In this document: one piece after another, positions 36,244-48,054 of the stretch | Numbering within the stretch: position 1 is the first letter of the stretch | How the letters are laid out: each line of letters opens with the position of its first letter | Source: Mustelus asterias | Lineage: Eukaryota | Length of the DNA stretch: 64,000 nt | NCBI RefSeq assembly: GCF_964213995.1 | Contig: NW_027590144.1 | Coordinates: forward strand, 806,001-870,000 | Reading direction: 5' to 3' | Program-made: the position numbers and the translations under genes | The notes under the pieces: generated by a model | Seen by the model: the letters and a program-made list of their open reading frames with translations, nothing else | The model's database searches: none | What the model was told of the DNA's origin: nothing

Positions 36244-38315
36244 GATAGGATATAGATAGGATGCAGAGCTGGGCTGGAAAATGGCAAATGGCGTTTAACC
36301 CTGACAAATGCGAGGTGATTCATTTTGGTAGGACAAATTTAAATGTGGATTACAGGGTCAAAGGTAGGGTTCTGAAGAATGTGGAGGAACGGAGAGATAT
36401 TGGGGTTCATATCCATTGATCTCTGAAGGTTGCCACTCAAGTGGATAGAGCCGTGAAGAAGGCCTATAGTGTTTTGGCGTTCATTAACAGGAGGTTTCAG
36501 TTTAAGAGCCGTGGGGTTATGCTGCAGCTGTACAGGACCTTGGTGAGACCACATTTGGAATATTGTGTGCAGTTCTGGTCACCTCACTACACGAAGGATG
36601 TGGAGACACTGGAACGAGTGCAAAGGAGATTTACCAGGATGCTGCCTGGTTTGGAGGGTAGGTCTTATGAGGAAAGGTTGAGGGAACTAGGGCTTTTCTC
36701 TTTGGAGCGGAGGAGGTGAGAGGAGACTTGATAGTCGTTTATAAGATGATGAGGGGGATAGATAGAGTGAACGTTCAAAGACTATTTCCTCGGGTGAATG
36801 GAGCGGTAACTAGGGGGCATAACTTTAGGGTTCATGGTGGGAGATATAGGAAGGATGTCCGAGGTAGGTTCTTTACGCAGAGAGTGGTTGGGGTGTGGAA
36901 TGGACTGCCTGCAGGGATAGTGGAGTCAGAAACTTTAGGAACATTTAAGAAGCTATTGGATAGGCACATGGAGTACTTCGGGATGATAGGGAGGAAATAG
37001 CTTGATCTGGGTTTCAGACAAAGCTCGGCACAACATCGTGGGCCGAAGGGTCTGTGCTGTACTGTTCTATGTTCTATGATAACCACTACACTACAGAAAC
37101 AGCTGATAAGTGACGACAGCAAATCGGCCTGTTTGCAATGTTCAACTGTGCTGTATTGCTGCACGTTCAAATGGTTAGACTGACAGCCCTCCTCTCCTCT
37201 GCCCCCCCCCCCCCCCACGCCCCCGCCCCCCACCCCATGTGACTTGTTTCGGGAAGATAACCGTCACTTTCAACCTGATTGCTCAACTTAACTTGAACTT
37301 CAAAACTTAGAAGCGTTCGTCTGGCAAATATCTAAGCGAGCAATGATTTCTGCCCATTCATTAATGCATCATTCTCATCTTCCTTCGAATAATCTCAACC
37401 AATTGTACTCAGTAATAAAAGCAAGTTATCGCAGATGCTGGAATCTGAACCCAAAACATAAAATGGTGGAAAATCTCACGAGATCTGGCAGCATCTGCAA
37501 GGAGAGAAAAGAGCTGGCGTTTCGAGTCCAGATGACACTTCGTCAAAGCTCATTTTGCAATTGTACTCAGTATTTGTTTCAATATTTAATATCAATACAT
37601 TATTTAACACATATGTCTTCATTATGAATTGAATATCTCTGAAATTGATTATCACTGAATTGCCAACATAACTGATCAACAAAGGAAATCGAGTCACCGG
37701 TAATACAGATCACAAATTTTTTGAGTGACCATCGTCAGCTTTTAAACAAAGTCAACTTCATTTAAATGGAAGGGATTGAAAAGATTCATTACGCTTGAGC
37801 TTTTTTATTATGGGCGTGAAATATTCAGACGCATAATTTCCGGCCATCTTTTGGAAAGTCCAGTAGATCCAGACTGAGTCTCCATTCCCTCATCTGTCTG
37901 AGTGTTGTTTCCTATTTCTTTGTTATGAAGAACGATTTTTAAAAAGATTCTTCTGGGAAATATGCCCCATTTCCTCTAGTTCACTTGCACTATCACTTGT
38001 GTCTATCCTTTTGAGCACACACTACTATTGGACATGATTCAGATGATGATTAACGATGTTAGTCTGCACCTATAAACCCAGTAAATTCTGTTGTAGACTG
38101 AACGAGATGCTATTATGTGCATTGCGTCAAAATCGAAACGTTTCTTTCCTGTCAGTGCGTCAAAAATAAATCGGCATTTCTTATTTTACAGAAAACATTT
38201 AAAGCCGAGGTCAGAGCAATGATAATATGGTTGTAAGATCGAGATTCGGATAATGTTCAGCAACGAACTGAAATCATACTGATTTCCCCCACCCGACATG
38301 AGAAAGCTTAATGAA

Positions 38316-38388
38316 CGTTTCAGCCCGGTTTCGAGCCAGAAACTTTGCGCGTGTTCAACAAATGTGATAACCACTACACTACAGAAAC
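38316..38388 (-). pseudogene. tRNA-Val(AAC)-like pseudogene (array unit 3)
   Basis: cgtttcagcccggtttcgagcc...gcgtgtt..gtgataaccactacactacagaaac. Confidence 0.75.
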
Positions 38389-39231
38389 AAGAGACAGTAC
38401 CATGCCTCCAATTCGCCTGACTACAATGTTCAACTCCACTGTGTTGCTGCAGGTTCTCATGGTTAGATTGAGAGCCCCTGTTACTTAATACAAGAACACA
38501 TCCGTTACTTTCCACCTGATATCTCAACTCATCTTGAACTTCAAAATTCAAAAGCGTTCGTCTGGGAAATGTCTATGGGAGCAATGATTCCTGCTCAATC
38601 ATTAATGCATCATTATCATCTTCCGTCGAATAATTTCAACCAGTTATATCCAGTATTTGTAGTTATTCAACATTTTATATCAAACATAACTGATCAACAA
38701 AAGGAATCGAGTCACCGGTTAATATATGGAACTAACATCCAGGCGCTTAAAAAATTCCGTCCATCGATAGGAAAGTCCAATAAATCCGCACTAAGTTTCG
38801 ACTTTCTCATTTGTCTGTGTTTTTTTTCTATTATTTTATTATGAAGAACGATCTTTAAACAAGACTGCTCCGGAAAATGTGTGCAATTTCCTTTGGTTCA
38901 CTTACAGCATCACTTGTGTCTGTCTTTTTGAGCACTCACCACTATTAGACATGTTTCAGACGGTGATTAACTATGTTAGTCTGCATCTATTAAACCAACT
39001 AAACACTGTTGTAAACTGAAGCAGATGCTAATATGTGCACGGTGTCAAAATAGGAACGTTTCTTTCCTGACATTGCGTCATAAAATTCAGCATTTCTGAT
39101 TTTCGAGAAAGCATTTGAGGCCGAGGTCAGAGCAAAGATAATATGGCTGTAACATCGAGATTCGGATAATGTTCAGCAAGAAACTGAAATCACACAGACT
39201 TACCTCACCCTACATGAGAAAGTTTAATGAA

Positions 39232-39305
39232 TGTTTCTGCCTGATTTCAAACCGGGATCTTTTTTGCGTTGGGGGCGAACGTGATAACAACTACACTACT
39301 GATAC
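39232..39305 (-). pseudogene. tRNA-Val-like pseudogene (array unit 4)
   Basis: tgtttctgcctgatttcaaaccggga...ggcgaacgtgataacaactacactac. Confidence 0.7.
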
Positions 39306-40960
39306 CGCCGGCTGCCGGTGTATTCAAAAATGTCTGTTTGGATTTTCTGGCCGAGTGCGTGTTTTAAAGCAGGGGAAAAACCCCTGGAAATTAATTTACG
39401 TAATTCAGGATGTGAAAGAGAGTTTCACAAACTCGACCAACATACGATGCCACCACCGGGTGGCGTGACTTTCATTGCGAAGTTTTCAAGTTGGCGCCTG
39501 AGAATCAATAAATGTCTTTTCTATTTGTCTCATTCAGTGAATTCATAGTGAGCAGAGAGCATGAGGATGCCACAGTAACTATGAAGCGGACAGATGAAGT
39601 CAGCAATACCCATTGAAGGTCACTTGTGTTCCCTGCTGTTGCATTGGCTGGAAATAGATATTGTTCAGCTAACATAAGGAGAGATGGAATTAGGCGCTTT
39701 GGAATCACAGAAAAATAGGCAGAGGAATCGACAGAAATGCAAGGACAATGACAAGTCAGTGAGAGAGTTAAGCGGAGACACAGTGAGAAAAACAAATAGA
39801 CAAAGGGAGAAGCAATGACTGAGATGGCAGCAGAAATTCAAGGAATATATGAAGTCAACAATATAAAGTACAATCTGATATGGGAAAGGTTTATCCTGAA
39901 ACATCTACTCGATTGAACTGTGATTGTAGAGCATCAGGTCACCGGTTCATTTAAATAAGTTTACATTTTGGGCACAGGTCAGGGCACAGTTGGTTATGTA
40001 GAGAGTGATCATCATTAACAATGGAATTTGATCAATGTAACAGAGTCCAAAACAAACATAGTGGTCTCCTAACAAGTAAGGCAAATTATAAGGATGTTTG
40101 CAGATTTCTGAATTGGTGACTTATGATGAGAATAATGAAAGTCCCCATTCCCCAGTGCCATGCGACGTCTTGATTGAATACGTGATGCATGAGCTTCCTC
40201 TTTTGGTGCTGAGTGGTAAATGGCCTTCTCTCTGGAGATTCAATGTATTCATTATATTTTCAAAATATGTTTCTGCCAAATCTTTCCTGATTTGTATTAT
40301 TGTTACTGTGATGCAAGCTGTAGATTTTAGGACTCCTGTGAAATTGAATGCGAGTTGTTTTCTACATAGATAGCTTTGAAATTTGCTGTTGAGTGCAATG
40401 ACGGTGGGTTCAATGCCTGTAATGTTTTGAGAACAGTCCCCAATTAACAAAGAAGGCTTTTATTCCCAACCGTGGTCGCAGCCAATGGAAACATTCCAAC
40501 GACCAGGGCATTAATTGTGTCGCAGCTTGAGGTATTTCCATTCACTGGTATCCAGCTCACCACCGACTGGTGCAGCCAGACCAGAAAGTGGCATGATTGT
40601 CTTTTGGAAGAATGAGTCGAGTATGGTTCTGTGCTGGATCTGCCTGACAGATTGGATTCTGCAGTTTGTTTTCTCCATTGCGGCTGGAAAGAGTTAGGTT
40701 TCAGTTTCATCTGAGGTTAACTTAGTTTCCTCTGTTTGTGTTTGAGCGGCTCAAAACTCACTTAACCTCTGGCCATGAGTCTCAGCAATCCTCAGTCGCC
40801 ACGAGCTCACATCTCCAGTGTTAAGCAGGTTTCTGAATGAGGGTGAGCCTTCTTTCTATCTCTGTGAGTCTGGACGCGCAAATATAAACGGCAGCATCAG
40901 TCAGGCTCAGGTCAAATATACTTAAACTCATGAATTTGTACGAGGTCTGGAGATAGACGT

Positions 40961-42170
40961 AGAGTCATGAAGTCATAGAGATTTACAGCATGGATCCAGG
41001 CCCTTCGGCCCAACTTGTCCATGCCGCCCTTTTTAAAAAAATCCAAAGCTAGTCCCAATCGCCCGCATTTGACCCATATCCCTCTATACCCATCTTACCC
41101 ATGTAACTGTCAAAATGCTTTTTAAAATACAAAATTGTACCCGCTTCTACCACTACCTCTGACAGCTTGTTCCAGACACTCACCATCCTCTGTGTGAAAA
41201 AAACTGCCCCTCTGGACACTTTTGCATCTCTCCCCTCTCACCTTAAACCTATGGCCTCTAGTTTTAGACTCCCCGACCTTTGGGAAAATATATTGACTGT
41301 CTAGATGATCCATGCCCCTCATTATTTTATAGACCTCTATAAGATCACCCCTCAACCTTCTACGCTCCGGAGCAAAATGTCCCAGTCTATCCAGCCTCTC
41401 CTTATAACTCAAACCATCAAGTCTCGGTAGCATCCTAGTAAATCTTTCCTGCACTCTTTCTAGTTTAATAATATCCTTTCTATAATAGGGTGAACAGAAC
41501 TGTACACAGTATTCCAAGTGTAGCCTTACCAATGTCTTGTACAACTTCAACAAGACGTCCCAACCCCTGTATTCAATGTTCTGAGCAATGAAATCAATGA
41601 CGCTGAATGCCTTCTTCAGCATTCTGTCCACCTGTGGCTCCACTTTCAAGGAGCTATGAACCTGTACCTCTCGATCTCTTTGCTCTGTAACTCTTCTCAA
41701 TGACCTACCATTAACTGAGTAAGTCATGCCCTGGTTCAATCTACCAAAATGCATACCGCGCATTTATCTAAATTAAACTACATCTGCCATTCGTGAACCC
41801 ACTGGCCCAATTTATCAAGATCCCGTTGCAATCCGAGATAACCTTCTTCACTGTCCACTATGCCACCAATCTTCGTGTCAACTGCAAACTTCCTAAACAT
41901 GCCTCCTTTTTCCTCACCCAAATCATTAATATAAATGACAAATAACAGTGGACCCAGCACCGATCCCTGAGGCACAACGCTGGTAAGAAGTTTAACAACA
42001 CCAGGTTAAAGTCCAACAGGTTTATTTGGTAGCAAAAGCCACACAAGCTTTCGGAGCTCTAAGCACCTTCTTCAGGTGGTCACAGGCCTCCAGTTTAAAA
42101 AACAACCCTCTACAACCACCCTGTGGCTTCTGTCATCAAGCCAATTTTGTATCCATTTTTAGCTACCTCC
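40961..42170 (-). mobile_element. 5'-truncated CR1 inside the V exon (contains a small Penelope fragment at 41983-42078)
   Basis: PQGSVLGPLLFVIYINDL..HLEYCVQF..RRRLRGDLIEVYKIM, plus 3' UTR. Confidence 0.85.
42042..42078 (-). ncRNA. Minimal type-I hammerhead ribozyme motif (Penelope-associated)
   Basis: Reverse complement cac CUGAAGA a GGUGC uuaga GCUCC GAAA gc UU gug: intact core boxes, short stem I, palindromic AAGCUU stem III. Confidence 0.55.
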
Positions 42171-43578
42171 TACAGAGCGACATTAGCTACATCGAAGCGA
42201 CTTTTAAAAACATCTGCTTTATTTTCATAACTATCAGTATCTTTCCGCACTATAAACACGGGCTGTGTGTCTGGATGTTGTCGGTACCAGTACAGCCTAT
42301 AGTCGCTCTCTGCTCCTTGAAAGTGGAGTCACAGGTGGACAGAGTGGTGAAGAAGACATTCAGCGTGCTTGGTTTCATTGCTACAGGTTAAAGTCACGAT
42401 CTCGCCTTCTCTCTTCACATCTGATGTGAGCGGCTGGGTGACAGAATCTCCATGTCTCAAATATGGAAATAACAACACAGAAAATGGTCAGAAGGGTGTA
42501 TGATTAATTTGTGGTCTGGAACCAAGCTTGGGAAACGTGTGAAACAGTGCAGTGTTTTTTGCACATAATTGCCTGTCAGGAATGACCCCCACAGCAGCTG
42601 CATTGCCGCTCTGTAAAAGGGGAGCTGTGTGTTTGATTTTATCCGGTCTAATCCCAGCCTTCAATAATCAGCTTCCTTTTTTCGTATGTTCTCAGCTCCC
42701 TCCCTTCTGTCCCCAGTGGTGCTGTGTGACACCCAGGTGGTGAGATAACAGACAGTAACCAGACGCACCGTGAACTGGATTAATATAATCATCCTTACAG
42801 AGAGACCTTCCACATTTAGCCATTGACTTGGGGAAGAATGTAGAAAAATGGGGTTTACGAACATGGGACAGCAGTAGGCCATTCTGTCCTTCGATTCTGC
42901 TTCGTCATTCAGTTAGATCAGGGCTGATCAGCCTGAACGCCACTTTCCCGCGCTATCTGCATAGCGCTTAATGCCATTAGGCTCCCAAAAGCTGTTGATT
43001 TTATTGAACATGCTCAATAATTGACATTCCACGAAAAGCCCTTATTTTCTTACTGTGACCCGGAAGCTAATGGAGGCTAAATAGTTCTGCCCTTGTTTTT
43101 TTTTCTCAATACGTACATTAGCCTTATTATCAGGACAGTTTTAACAGTGATTCCAGTGAATTTTTTCTGTGTGTGGGACATGGATACCACTAGTTGTCCA
43201 TCGGTAGTTGAGATCAACCACATTGTTTTGGCTTTGGAGTCACGTGTAGGCCAGACCAGGTAAGGACGGCAGATTTCATTCCCCAAAGTACATGAGTGAA
43301 CAAAATAGGTTTTTCCGACAATCGACAATGGCTTCATGGTCGTCAATAGATTCTTAGTTGTCGATATTGTTTTCATTGAATCGGGTCCGCACAACATTCG
43401 CTGAGTTTCTGGATGAATAGTCTCAGGATAATACCCCTCGGCCATCGCCTCTCCTGTTGTGAGTATCAGCAATACCGAAAATGTATAGAAGCACCACAGA
43501 GTGAATCATGCTCTATTTATAGCCCAATATTATTACCATTCTCTGCTCCGTTCATCTTGTCACTCTGGGGCAATGTTT

Positions 43579-45096
43579 TTCTTTCATACCAGGCTCCCTC
43601 TGGTTTCTGTCACTGCGTCTCTCAGTCCACAGTAATACACCGCGCTGTCCGACAGCCGCAGCTCACACATGCTGAAGTTCCCCTCGCTTTTCGACCTCTC
43701 GATATATGCAGAAAATAGTGTTCCCACACCCTTTGCACTGGGAATATCTCCATAATAAGAGATATAGATCAAGAAGATGGGGGCTTTCTCCGTTCTTTTT
43801 GCTGGGAACTTTCTCCCGGTCCTGGCGATACAATTGAATGTAATATGCACCAGCTGCTGTGCAGTTAACCTATTGGTCACCGGGGCATTGAGTGTAAAAA
43901 ATGGCGAGTCATATTGCAGCTTTATAGCACGTTAGTTAGGCCGCACTTGGAATATAATTTCAATTTTGGTCGCCACACTACCAGAACGATGTTGAGGCTT
44001 TGGAGAGGGTGCAGAAAAGATTTACCAGGATGTTGCCTGGCATGCAGAGCATCAGAATCATAGAAACCCTGCAGTACAGAAGGAGGCCATTCGGCCCATC
44101 GAGTCTGCACTGACCACAATCCCACCCAGACCCTACCCCCACATGTACACGTTAATCCCTCAAACCTACGCATCTCAGAACTCTAAGGGGCAATTTGAGC
44201 ATGACTAATAAACCTAACCCGCACATTTTTGGACTGTGGGAGGAAATCCGAGCACCTGGAGGAAACCCACGCTGACACGAGGAGAATGTGCTTACGCCAC
44301 AGACCGTGACCAAAGCCGGGAATCAAACCCAGGTCCCTGGAGCTGTGAAGAAGCAGTGCTAACCATTGTGCTACCATGTCGCCCATTAGCTAAGAAGAGA
44401 GGTTGGAGAAACTTGGTTTGTTCTCACTTGAACGACGGAGGTTGAGGGACGACCTGATACAAGTCTACAAGATTCTGAGGGGCATGGCTAGAGTGGATAG
44501 TCAGAAGATTTTTCCCAGGGTGGAAGAGTCAATTACTAAGGGGCATAGGTTTAAGGTGCGAGGGGCAAGGTTTAAAGGAGATTAATGAGGTAAGTGTTTT
44601 ACACCGAGTGTGATGGGTGCCTGGAACACGCTGCCGGGGGAGGTAGTGGAAACAGATACGATAGTGACATTTAAGGTGCGTCCGGACAAATATATGAGTA
44701 AGATGGGAATAGAGGGATATGGTCCCCGGAAGGATAGCGGGTTTTAGTTCAGTCGGGCAACATGATCGGTGCAGGCTTGGAGGGCCTAAGAGCCTGTAAC
44801 TTTCTTTGTTCTTTGTTCTTTGAGTCCCATTCAAACTTCATCGCTGTAACCGGCTCCTTTGATATTGAGTCTCCAGTAGTGACACCGGCAGAAATTTAGA
44901 AATATTGAAAGTTAAGGTGTTATTATCATTCTATTGTAACTCATAACATCAGAACACGGATCACATTATCATCTACAGCAAAGCGGACCTAAATTACTGT
45001 CGACATCGCTTGCAAGAAGAAGTTTATGTCCCTTGTAAACTTACCAGGCAAAAGAGCTGAAACAGTGAGAAACGAATACAAAATGATCCCCAATAT
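43579..45096 (-). pseudogene. TRAV: TCR alpha/delta V pseudogene split by a CR1+SINE insertion
   Basis: Leader 45096-45045 (ATG>ATA) ILGIILYSFLTVSALLP/GT. Acceptor AG>CG. GDSISKEPVTAMKFEWDS | insertion | VT..LYRQD..FLIYISYYGD..KGVG..SEGNFSMCELRLSDSAVYYCGLR. RSS CGCAGTG-23-ATGAAAGAA. Confidence 0.85.
43881..44820 (+). mobile_element. CR1 3' fragment with nested HE1 SINE (~44050-44385, - strand)
   Basis: gttaggccgcacttggaatat (VRPHLEY), LERRRLRDDL, and a (ttctttg)n tail abutting V FR1. Confidence 0.85.
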
Positions 45097-45184
45097 GTTT
45101 GCAGCGAGTTTATTGCGGAATTAAACAGAATGGGTTCAATCTGTAATTGTTTGGGTGAAGATATTTACATGTATTTCCGGTCTC

Positions 45185-45300
45185 TCCAGCGATTGGTTAA
45201 TTCCCAAACGAATCAACTGGTGACGTCCAATCATGTCCCTGATTCTCCAATTCATCCAATCAGCTCACAGACCCTTTGTTCTCCAGTTTATTACGTCAGC
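45185..45300 (-). promoter_or_regulatory. TCR V promoter remnant with CRE-like and CCAAT motifs
   Basis: tgacgtc (45221-45227), ttacgtca (45291-45298) and several ccaat/attgg ~95-200 bp upstream of the leader. Confidence 0.45.
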
Positions 45301-46515
45301 GCAGGGCCAGTGAATCAATGAAGTTGTTTTCCCCACAGCGGGACCGAAACGAGGATTCACCGCAATGTTTGACCTTTCGCCAAGACAGCTTCTGAGGTGG
45401 TGACAATGAGGTAAATGGTTAATGTTGTCCTTGTAACAATGTCGGGAGTTCCCATTCAACAGTCTGAATATTTTGCATATCCTTTTTCACGTTATATGAA
45501 ATTGAAAATATCTACAACGAAGAACGAATGTTCCAAAATACCCTTTTTGATTTTGATGCCCTTGCATTTAATATCAGCGGGGTTCTTGTCAAACATATTG
45601 GAGGGCCGAAGGGCCTGTTTCCTGTGCTGTACTGTTCTCAACAGTGGGTGGGGGCGGTGGCCGGGGAAGGGGTGTGCTTCCACAGGTTGATCATCAGATT
45701 CAATGTCACCGAGGAGATCCATCTACCTGCCTAAAGAATGTTCCTGGAGACCCATCTTCTTTCTCAGGAGGTCCATGTCCACCTCAGAATTTCTATTACC
45801 TAAATTGACCGCATCCAACACTCTCGGAGGCAATGAGTTCCAGGTCCTGAGCACTCGCTGTGGAAAAAATGTTGCTTCCAAATCTTCTTCGCCCCCGCCT
45901 TGCCCAATATCTTAAAATTTGCCCCTCCCCCTCTAAACTTTCCCTAATCTAGTCCACCTCGATTAAATCGCTCCTCAATCTCCTTCGCTCCAATGGACAA
46001 CAATCCCAGCATCACAAACCAGAAACTTCTGGCTAATTTGAACTTTTCAAAACTAAACTTACTCCAAAGAAATTCCTCCATCTGATTTAACTGAAATTTG
46101 TCAACTTTTAAAAAACATTTCTGTGTATTTTGCTTCTTAAAATTAAACATGTTTAATCAGAGTTCATCAACGTTTTAGAAAATGTTTTCACTATTTTGAA
46201 AAATGTAATGTTTCCACGTATTTTTCGAGAAATTTCCAACTTTTTAAAAGGTAGCTTAAACTTGCTAACATATTTCCCCGAATACTTTAACGAGAATTCG
46301 TCATTTAAAGAAACTATTTTTTTAAAAAAAACTTAATTGAACTTTATCAGTATTTTTTTCTTAAAATAGTCAACATTTTTTTGAACAATCATTGGCGAAG
46401 ATAAATTTCATCATAGAAGCTGACTGCATTTGGTCAACATTTCTCTGAATTTGTCAACACACATTTTTCATTCACACGAATATGGAGTTTGTGAACTATT
46501 GTTAAATTATGACAC

Positions 46516-46588
46516 CGAGCCAGCTAGGAGTCGAACCTCGAATCTTCTGATCCGTAGTCAGACGCGTTATCCATTGCGCCACTGGCCC
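46516..46588 (-). tRNA. tRNA-Arg(ACG)
   Basis: Reverse complement GGGCCAGTGGCGCAATGGATAACGCGTCTGACTACGGATCAGAAGATTCGAGGTTCGACTCCTAGCTGGCTCG; one T-stem mismatch. Confidence 0.85.
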
Positions 46589-47029
46589 ACAGAAAAGCCG
46601 CATGCAGCAATGTTTACATATCGGTCCGAGGCTTCAAAATCGGCAGAAACATGGTCAAAACATTTTAGTGAGGAAATGTTGCATAATTAAAATTTTCTCT
46701 ACTCACTTACAGTAATTCTACTTTGCCTTGAATTGAGTTAACCTGCTGTGTTGGAATTCGAACCCTGGTTCCCAAAGCTTCAGCCTGCTTCTCTGCTTTA
46801 TCAATCCAGCGTCAACAACATGACTCGAAAACGTACCCCTCCCGCCAGTGAATCCACGATTGAATATTACCTGAATGTAGTATCTTACAATCATATGACA
46901 TTGGCCCTTACTTGAGCCTCAAAATACATTCAGGAAAAGACAAAAGTGCGGAAAATTCACGACAAACAGCAGGAAAGAAGACACACCTATTCTGACTCAG
47001 CACGCATGTCATCAGTTTATTCAGTGGCT

Positions 47030-47500
47030 AAAAGAGCAGGGCAGAGGATGGGAATCCTGTGGGAGTAACTCACCTCCCGACTCCCACAAAACAGTCCACG
47101 ATCGACGTGGCACAAGTCAGGAGTGCGATAGAATATTCTCCACTTGTCTGCATGATGCAGGAATCCACCAAAGGCATTTTAGACAGCATCTCCCAAACCC
47201 AAGACCGCTTCCACCTGGCAGCTCCCCTGCCACCCACCCCCCTCGCCCCCTCTCCCCCCCTCCCCCCTCCAACGCCACACAGCCAACACCACCCTCAAGT
47301 CCCTCAGCATTCTGATTTGGAAATATATCGCCGTTCCTTCACTGTCATTGGGACAAATTCGTGGAATTCCCTCCCTAACAGCACTGTAAGTGTACCTGTA
47401 CAAATGGATTGCAACGTTTCAAGAAGGCAGCTCACCACTACTTTCTCAAGGCTAAATACTGATGGGCAGTGCATGCTGATCTAGCCAGCGACACCCACAT
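47030..47500 (+). mobile_element. L2/CR1-group LINE 3' fragment
   Basis: AQVRSAIEYSPL..NSWNSLPN; same family as 49935-50540. Confidence 0.6.
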
Positions 47501-47898
47501 GAACAAAAAGAAACATCCAGGCAGCTCACTGAGCCCATAATCATGGTGCCAGCTGAAGAGGTGAATGGAGATAAAATGAACGTCAAGTTACATCGCCAAC
47601 CCTGTTGATCATATCTTTATTTTCGAGCGAGTGTGTTGTGCTGATAGTTTCCTCACAGTTTGTGCTCAGGTTCTCAAACGAAACCCCATGTGGACCAATC
47701 CCAAAGTCTGCAATGCAAAGAAAAAAACAAAATCTGCAGCTCATGAAATCTGATCAAATCTTCGTGGGAGAGGGCGGCACAGTGGCTAGTTCTGCTGGCT
47801 CACAATACCAGGGACCTGGTTTCGATTCTGGGGTTAGTCACTGTCTATGTGGATGGAGATATACAGCTTTTTAAAGTTGCAGCAGTAGCTCACCGATA

Positions 47899-47971
47899 GT
47901 CCCAGTAACCTAACGCGTAAGGCACTGGCTTCCTAAACCAGGGAGCATGTGTTCGAGTCACTTCTGGGATG
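47899..47971 (+). pseudogene. tRNA-Arg(CCT) pseudogene
   Basis: gtcccagtaacctaacgcgtaaggcactggcttcctaaaccaggga..gttcgagtc..ctgggatg. Confidence 0.75.
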
Positions 47972-48054
47972 CGGCTTATTTTAACACTTAGGTGTCCAAC
48001 ATTGGCAAATGCATTTCTTGCCAACTAATCCTGGCTATTTCTGGGCAGATATGT

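Larger units (their letters stand above)
29808..37077 (+). mobile_element. Full-length CR1 LINE (5' UTR tandem repeat, ORF1, ORF2, (gttctat)n tail) containing a nested CR1
   Basis: ORF1 30365-31300; ORF2 endonuclease (CLYFNARS, ITETW, YRPP, MGDFN) and RT (YMDFSKAFD, FADD) to ~37000, with stops, frameshifts and a tandem duplication near 32418-32470. Confidence 0.92.
29758..37100 (-). pseudogene. tRNA-Val(CAC)-like pseudogene split by CR1 (pieces 29758-29807 and 37078-37100)
   Basis: ..gcgtgtgaagtgaacat | gataaccactacactacagaaac; pieces sum to 73 nt. Confidence 0.8.
28020..39310. repeat. Tandem array of four ~0.9-1.27 kb units, each with a tRNA-Val pseudogene (unit 2 split by a 7.3-kb CR1)
   Basis: Marker ggaaagtcca.ta.a.cc..act.agt at ~28071, 29308, 37853 and 38770, with long colinear similarity between units. 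Confidence 0.85.
40828..42792 (-). pseudogene. TRAV: TCR alpha/delta V pseudogene broken into three pieces by CR1 insertions, with near-canonical 23-RSS
   Basis: Putative leader MIILIQFTVRLVTVCY (from 42792). FR1 GDSVTQPLTSDVKREGEIVTLTC (~42462-42380; acceptor AG>AT). Middle AESDYRLYWYRQHPDTQPVFIVRKDTDSYENKADVFKSRFDV (~42312-42188). End VYLQTSYKFMSLSIFDLSLTDAAVYICASR (~40958-40867). RSS CACAGAG (40866-40860)-23-TCAGAAACC (40836-40828). Confidence 0.85.

Noticed and set aside
46050-46470. AT-rich tract with recurring tcaac(a/t)ttt
   Set aside because: Low-complexity degenerate repeat with no regular period or spacer structure; not a CRISPR-like array
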